Notes under the pieces: model-generated
What the model was told of the DNA's origin: nothing
What the model saw: the letters and a program-made list of their open reading frames with translations, nothing else
The model's database searches: none
From: a virus
DNA: 64,000 bases
Direction: 5' to 3' (one strand)
IMG/VR virus record: IMGVR_UViG_3300023179_000104
Span: 2,500-66,499 of that record
Translations under genes and position numbers: made by a program
Shown here: piece after piece, positions 58,739-64,000 of the stretch
Position numbering within the stretch: position 1 is the first letter of the stretch
Layout of the letters: every line of letters begins with the position of its first letter

Positions 58739-60874
58739 ATGTCAAGTATATATGTTGACGAAGTTGTAGCAAGCGGTTTAACTCAGGTAAATTTTCCTCA
58801 AGGTATTAAAATCGGTGCTGCTAAAACTATAGATCTAAGCGCGTCAGCTATTAGTTTGACCTCTGGAATTGGTCTTGCTGGCCAAGTATTAGCTGCTACT
58901 GGTACTGGACTTACTTGGACCACTAAAAATGATACTAATACTACCTATAGTTTTGATGGCAGAGGTCTTGCTGTAAATGATGTTAAACTTGATCTTACTG
59001 CTGGAGGATCTGGATCTGGCGTTCAAACTATTACACTTGCTGGACAAAATGCAACTACAGTTACTTACGATAGTAACTCTCGTTTAGTTAGAATTTCTTC
59101 CACTGACACCAATACTACCTATGGATTGTCTGCAGTAGATGGTATTACTGGTAAAAAAATTATCAGAGTTTCTGGTTCTGATTCAACTACAAATGATGTA
59201 ATTTTGGTTGCTGGTTCTAATATTGATCTTAGCAGAAATAATAATGAAATTACTATCAATACACTTCTTTCTGGAACAATAAGTGGTCCTGTTTCTTCTG
59301 TCAATGGGGCAATTGCTTTATTTAATAGCACTGATGGAACTACTTTAAAAAATTCTAATGTTACAGTAACTACTTCTGGTGCTATTGTAACTCCATCTGG
59401 TGTAGCAAATTTACTTCCATTTTATTATTCCACTCAAGCAAACTTTCCTAACCCCACTCAATATAAAGGAGCAATTGCATACTCTGATAATGGCGGCAAT
59501 CTTTTTTATGCAACCAATGCACAATGGAATCAATTAGCAAAACTTTCTGATATATCTCCAGACACTAATACTACTTATAGTGTATCAGCAGTTGATGGCA
59601 ACACATCTCAGAAAAAACTTATTCGTTTAACTGATTCAAATGCAATCACTGATGATGTAACTTTAGTTGCTGGTAATGGCATTTCTTTATCGAGAACAAA
59701 TGATGAAATTACTTTTGCATCTAAAACTTATAATATTTCTGCAGAAATTGGTAGTGGGAATGCAGTAAACTTACGCCTTAGTGATTCTTCATCTGGAACT
59801 GATGATGTTACTTTTGCTGGCGCTAATGGTATTGTATTAACAAGAACTGATCAAAATACAATTTCAATTGGCACTACAAATTCTGGTATTACTCAATATA
59901 CTGATGCAAATGCTAAACTTGCTGCATTTACTGCATTAAATAATGGCACAAAATCTGGTATTAATTTTGTTTATGACTCTAATAATAATGTAATTAATAC
60001 AATTGTTACTGCTAGTGGCACAGGAGGGGGCGGATCTGCAATTCTTTATGATTTTTATGGAACAAATACCACTAGCAATCAAGTAATTTTAAATCTTGAT
60101 CCTAGTGATGGTACTACTGATACAGTAGAATTTGCTGGTGCTGGAGGAACTACAGTTTCTTGGGATAACATTAATAAAAAAGCAACTATTATTAGCACTG
60201 CTCCTGTTAATGCTGATTGGAATGCTAGTACTGGATTAGCACAAATTCTTAATAAACCTTCTATTCCAGCAGCATATACACTTCCAACTGCTTCAACTTC
60301 AGTTCTTGGGGGAGTTAAAATTGATGGAACTACAATTACTATCACTGCAAGTGGCATAATTAGTGCAACTCCTGGTGCTTATGTTTTACCAGCGGCAACA
60401 CCAACAACTCTTGGTGGTATAAAAATTGGTGCTGGCCTTGATATTGATGGCAATGGTGTAGTCACAGTTACTGCTAGTGGTGTGGGAGGAGGATTAGTTA
60501 CTCGTCAAGCATTAACGGGAACTACATCATCACTTGTCAATAATGCCACCGCAGAACTAAATATAGTTGGATATAAATCATATACTTTATTGAAGATTCA
60601 AACATCAGCAGCAGCATGGGTCAGAGTTTATACAGACGATGCATCCAGAGATGCTGATGTTACAAGAAGTGAAGGACAAGATCCTGTCGCTGGATCTGGT
60701 GTCGTAACCGAAGTGATAACAACTGGAGCACAAACAGTTCTTATTTCTCCTGGTGTAATTGGTTTCAATAATGATTCCACACCTAATACAAATATTTACC
60801 TTTCTGTTACCAACAGAAGTGGTTCAACAACTTCCATTACTGTAACCCTTACCGCAATTAGATTAGAGGCATAA
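58739..60874 (+). CDS. Fibre-like virion protein
   Basis: DTNTTY..SAVDG..K.IR repeats; two Y.LP.A....LGG.KI repeats. Confidence 0.75.
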   Translation: MSSIYVDEVVASGLTQVNFPQGIKIGAAKTIDLSASAISLTSGIGLAGQVLAATGTGLTWTTKNDTNTTYSFDGRGLAVNDVKLDLTAGGSGSGVQTITLAGQNATTVTYDSNSRLVRISSTDTNTTYGLSAVDGITGKKIIRVSGSDSTTNDVILVAGSNIDLSRNNNEITINTLLSGTISGPVSSVNGAIALFNSTDGTTLKNSNVTVTTSGAIVTPSGVANLLPFYYSTQANFPNPTQYKGAIAYSDNGGNLFYATNAQWNQLAKLSDISPDTNTTYSVSAVDGNTSQKKLIRLTDSNAITDDVTLVAGNGISLSRTNDEITFASKTYNISAEIGSGNAVNLRLSDSSSGTDDVTFAGANGIVLTRTDQNTISIGTTNSGITQYTDANAKLAAFTALNNGTKSGINFVYDSNNNVINTIVTASGTGGGGSAILYDFYGTNTTSNQVILNLDPSDGTTDTVEFAGAGGTTVSWDNINKKATIISTAPVNADWNASTGLAQILNKPSIPAAYTLPTASTSVLGGVKIDGTTITITASGIISATPGAYVLPAATPTTLGGIKIGAGLDIDGNGVVTVTASGVGGGLVTRQALTGTTSSLVNNATAELNIVGYKSYTLLKIQTSAAAWVRVYTDDASRDADVTRSEGQDPVAGSGVVTEVITTGAQTVLISPGVIGFNNDSTPNTNIYLSVTNRSGSTTSITVTLTAIRLEA

Positions 60875-60875
60875 G

Positions 60876-63185
60876 ATGGCAATTTTAAAAAGCGTTGTTC
60901 AAGTTAATAACGGAAACACTGGTTGGACGAAAACAAATGTCCTGGATGCATTAGAAAATACTTTTGCTAACTTGGGATTTCATGGAGGATCACAAATAAA
61001 TGGAGTTGTTTGTTGTGCTCTTGCTCCTGGTTCTGACCTTCCCTATAATAATAATTTTATTAATAACACCGCCTGGAGAAATTGCGGTGGCGGTGAAGCG
61101 GGAGGAAACGCATCTTATATTGGATCTACTTATTATACATATCAAGTTACTGTAAGTGGATCAACATATTTAATGCAACAAACTGCAACTTGTACCGAGG
61201 TAAATTATAATTATACTAATACTTTTGTTGTTGATCCACTTGCAATTGCTACTGGAGACCCGATTATTTACAATTCAACCGTTACAATTAATATTTCGGG
61301 AGGAGGATCTTTAGTAAATGGTAGGACATATTATGTAATTGCAGATCTTTCTAATAGAATAAAATTAGCAACCAGTCAACAAAATGCTTTAGACGGAATT
61401 GCTATTAATTTTTCAAATTATGTATATCCTGGTAGTGGCGCAACGATAACATTTACAATTGGTCCACTTTTGCAAAATCCTAATCTTACCGTTAGGCAAT
61501 CTGATGTTATTATTTTTTCAATAAACGCTGCAGGGCATCCGCTTTTTATACAAGATACAGCAGGGCAGTATAATTCAACAAGAGTATTGAATGATACTAA
61601 TTATCGTTCCAGTACTTATGTTTCCTACAGATCCACGCCAACAAATCAGGGTGTGCAATCGGGAACTGTAATTTTTAATACATTAGGATGGCGGCAGGGA
61701 AATTATTATTATGTCTCGCAAAATAATGCATCATTAACGGGAACTATCACAGTTCTTCCTAATACTTATACTTACTTAGATGCTTTCACTACGGAACCCC
61801 CATATTGGGATTATACTGTTCCTCCTTCTGGATTGAGAAGCTCTTTACAGGTTCGTGTCTATAGATACCCAAGAAATTATTCTTATCCTAAAGCAATAGC
61901 TGGTGTAAAAGTATTGTCCATTAATACTAGCGGTTGGTCTACAAATGAAGTATTTACTATTCCTGGCAATCAAATTGGAGGATCAACACCAGCAAGTGAT
62001 TTAATTTTTGGTGTTAATAATTCTACAACTCCATCAATTGTCACAACAAATTTAGGCGCAGGAGTCAATTTCTATCAAAAATTTACCAATCAATCAAAAG
62101 CAGTTCTTAAAATTGTCAATGATGCTAACAAAACTTACGGAACAACTTATTACGGAATTGCATTTGACCCAAATACTAATTATAATATGATGATTGTTTC
62201 TGGATCATCATGGGAACATTTAAACTGGAATCCTTCTTCTTCTTCTTCCAATAATAGCGGCAGATTTGGCGGTACTATGGGATTAGATTATTCTACATCG
62301 TTTAATACATTATTTACATACGATACTAGTTATAGTGATGCTCAAAGTTTTGCCACATCTTCCACTCCAACAGCCTACCCGCTAAAAATAGTCACATACA
62401 GAGCACAGGCTCCCCAAGATACTAATTTTGCAATTATTCAATTTGTACAAACAATTAATGCTGTAGACATACCATATTTTACTTTTTTCTTACATAAAGG
62501 AACAAATTATGGTTCTGGAATTTGGGATTTAAATCATGTTTGGCAAGGTTCATATAGTAGTATATATCCAACTACCGCAGGCCGAGGCGAAACTATTGGT
62601 ATGACTATTTGTGGTCCGTCAAGATATATGTCTTCAGAAGAATCGAATAACATGTATGCAGTTAGAAGAGAAGCACTTTACGGATATTTTAGAGATGCAA
62701 CTGATATTTCAGAATTTCAAGCTACTATGTTTATAAAAAATAATTTATTTAGTGATAATATCCCAAACTCACGGACGACTAATTATAGTGATAATCAATC
62801 CCCCGCCACCGCACTTGGTTATTATAGAAATGCACAATATGATAGAGTGACTTTTTATCCTTCTAATAGTTATTCCATTAATCTTAATGATTTCCAAAGC
62901 ACCTATACTGTTTCTTCTTCTGCTAATTTTTATAAACCTCTTAAAGGAATTCCTTTGACATCATTGTTTGCACCATGCCCTTATTATTTACCTGATGATT
63001 TTGTTGCTATACCTTTTGTCGTAAGCCCAGGTCTTACGCAATTTAGACCAGGAGACACAATTACCGTTAGTGAATCAGAAGTATATGAAATTATAACGGC
63101 GAGTTTTTCTATTAATCAAACAACATATGATAATGTTACAAGTAATACTTCCAAAGGAATTGCATTCTGTGCGAGGACAACTTGA
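60876..63185 (+). CDS. Virion structural protein with a cupredoxin-like insert
   Basis: VNNGNTGWT N-terminus, GHPLFIQ...YYY domain, CPYYLPDDF C-terminus. Confidence 0.7.
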   Translation: MAILKSVVQVNNGNTGWTKTNVLDALENTFANLGFHGGSQINGVVCCALAPGSDLPYNNNFINNTAWRNCGGGEAGGNASYIGSTYYTYQVTVSGSTYLMQQTATCTEVNYNYTNTFVVDPLAIATGDPIIYNSTVTINISGGGSLVNGRTYYVIADLSNRIKLATSQQNALDGIAINFSNYVYPGSGATITFTIGPLLQNPNLTVRQSDVIIFSINAAGHPLFIQDTAGQYNSTRVLNDTNYRSSTYVSYRSTPTNQGVQSGTVIFNTLGWRQGNYYYVSQNNASLTGTITVLPNTYTYLDAFTTEPPYWDYTVPPSGLRSSLQVRVYRYPRNYSYPKAIAGVKVLSINTSGWSTNEVFTIPGNQIGGSTPASDLIFGVNNSTTPSIVTTNLGAGVNFYQKFTNQSKAVLKIVNDANKTYGTTYYGIAFDPNTNYNMMIVSGSSWEHLNWNPSSSSSNNSGRFGGTMGLDYSTSFNTLFTYDTSYSDAQSFATSSTPTAYPLKIVTYRAQAPQDTNFAIIQFVQTINAVDIPYFTFFLHKGTNYGSGIWDLNHVWQGSYSSIYPTTAGRGETIGMTICGPSRYMSSEESNNMYAVRREALYGYFRDATDISEFQATMFIKNNLFSDNIPNSRTTNYSDNQSPATALGYYRNAQYDRVTFYPSNSYSINLNDFQSTYTVSSSANFYKPLKGIPLTSLFAPCPYYLPDDFVAIPFVVSPGLTQFRPGDTITVSESEVYEIITASFSINQTTYDNVTSNTSKGIAFCARTT

Positions 63186-63448
63186 TGGCTAATTTTAATT
63201 TTTCTGTAGCAAGTGGTGTAACTCCTGCTATGAGTTCTGCAATTACATATTTTAATTCTGCCGTAGTATTGCAACCGACCACATCAACTCCTTTAGTTAC
63301 ACTCACATTTTCCTCTGTAGATAGAATAGATGATCCTTACGCGCCAGTAGAATTGGGCATTTTTATGACGGGATTATCTAAAGCAATTGCTATGAATACT
63401 CCCAGAAGACCATCAGGCGGGCAACTTTATCCACGAGGTAATCAATAA
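63185..63448 (+). CDS. Hypothetical protein
   Basis: TGATG-coupled; C-terminal RRPSGGQLYPRG. Confidence 0.7.
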   Translation: MANFNFSVASGVTPAMSSAITYFNSAVVLQPTTSTPLVTLTFSSVDRIDDPYAPVELGIFMTGLSKAIAMNTPRRPSGGQLYPRGNQ

Positions 63449-63675
63449 TGTCAAGACTTAAGGTAGATGAACTTGTAAACTTTGCAGAGACGGGGGCACC
63501 TGTTGCGATTGAGGGACTAACAATTGCTTCTGGAAAGAAGTTTAAAATTCTTGGTAGTAGAACTATTGCATCTGCAACTTCATCTGGTCAAGAGGGAGAA
63601 ATTTGTTGGGACTCTAGTTATCTTTATATTTGTGTAGCAACTAATACTTGGAAAAGAATTCCTTTAACTTGGTAG
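63448..63675 (+). CDS. Small fibre-associated protein
   Basis: SSG..GEI.WDS.YLYICVATNTWKR..L fibre-type module. Confidence 0.7.
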   Translation: MSRLKVDELVNFAETGAPVAIEGLTIASGKKFKILGSRTIASATSSGQEGEICWDSSYLYICVATNTWKRIPLTW

Positions 63676-63685
63676 GAGAATAATC

Positions 63686-64000
63686 ATGACCAGCAGAATA
63701 AGAGCAGATATTATTTTAAATAGAAATGCTGATGGTCCAGTTTTAGCATCGGAAGGAATTATTATATCAACAAATAAAAATGTTACTTTTTCTGGCGGTA
63801 CTGTAATTAATCAAAGTGGAATTACTACCAGTTCAATTTCATCAACAACGATTACTGCATCTGGGTTTTCTGGTTCGGGAGCAAATTTAACTCAAGTACC
63901 CGCAGGAAGTTTAACAGGATTAGTTTCTCCCACTATTTTAGGTTCTGGTACTGCAAACAGCGGCACTTATCTTAGAGGTGATGGTACGTGGGCAGCTGTC
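63686..64000 (+). CDS. Tail-fibre-like protein, 3'-truncated by the window edge
   Basis: RBS AGGAG; MTSRIRAD...FSGSGANLT...LGSGTANSGTYLRGDGTWA. Confidence 0.7.
   Translation, partial: MTSRIRADIILNRNADGPVLASEGIIISTNKNVTFSGGTVINQSGITTSSISSTTITASGFSGSGANLTQVPAGSLTGLVSPTILGSGTANSGTYLRGDGTWAAV

Noticed and set aside
1-64000. Stop-codon recoding
   Set aside because: Core genes are intact under code 11; TAA, TGA and TAG all terminate genes; no suppressor anticodon was seen.
1-64000. CRISPR array, diversity-generating retroelement, introns, inteins or homing endonucleases
   Set aside because: No spaced direct repeats and no reverse transcriptase; gp17, gp41, gp43, nrdA and nrdB have normal lengths and no insertions.

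Overview
The window is part of a T4-like myophage genome. Gene content (cyanophage-type MazG, Hsp20, RlpA, C39 peptidase, conserved cyanophage hypotheticals) points to a T4-like cyanophage (Kyanoviridae-like); the host is inferred, not shown. Almost everything is on the + strand. In order: the 3' part of a giant (>2970 aa) repeat-rich virion protein; the head/tail module gp13-gp23, gp3; uvsY/uvsW; gp55, gp47/46, gp45/44/62, regA, hsp20; gp43, uvsX, gp41, mazG; a late-promoter accessory island (39.5-47 kb); primase, nrdAB; a cell-wall enzyme cassette; a promoter-dense tRNA/ncRNA cluster; a glycosyltransferase/methyltransferase cassette; and fibre-like virion genes. The most interesting signals are: (i) a PD-(D/E)XK-like nuclease, an unannotated ATP-dependent ligase-fold protein and a split HIGH-family nucleotidyltransferase in one operon; (ii) a late-expressed Pol-beta nucleotidyltransferase coupled to a capsid-targeting peptide; (iii) a tRNA with UAU anticodon and a 25-nt variable arm; (iv) a pseudoknotted ncRNA heading the tRNA cluster; (v) a manA-like RNA split by a small ORF; (vi) a perfect antisense sigma70 promoter beside uvsW/gp55. 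All family assignments come from motif recognition by eye; no searches were run.
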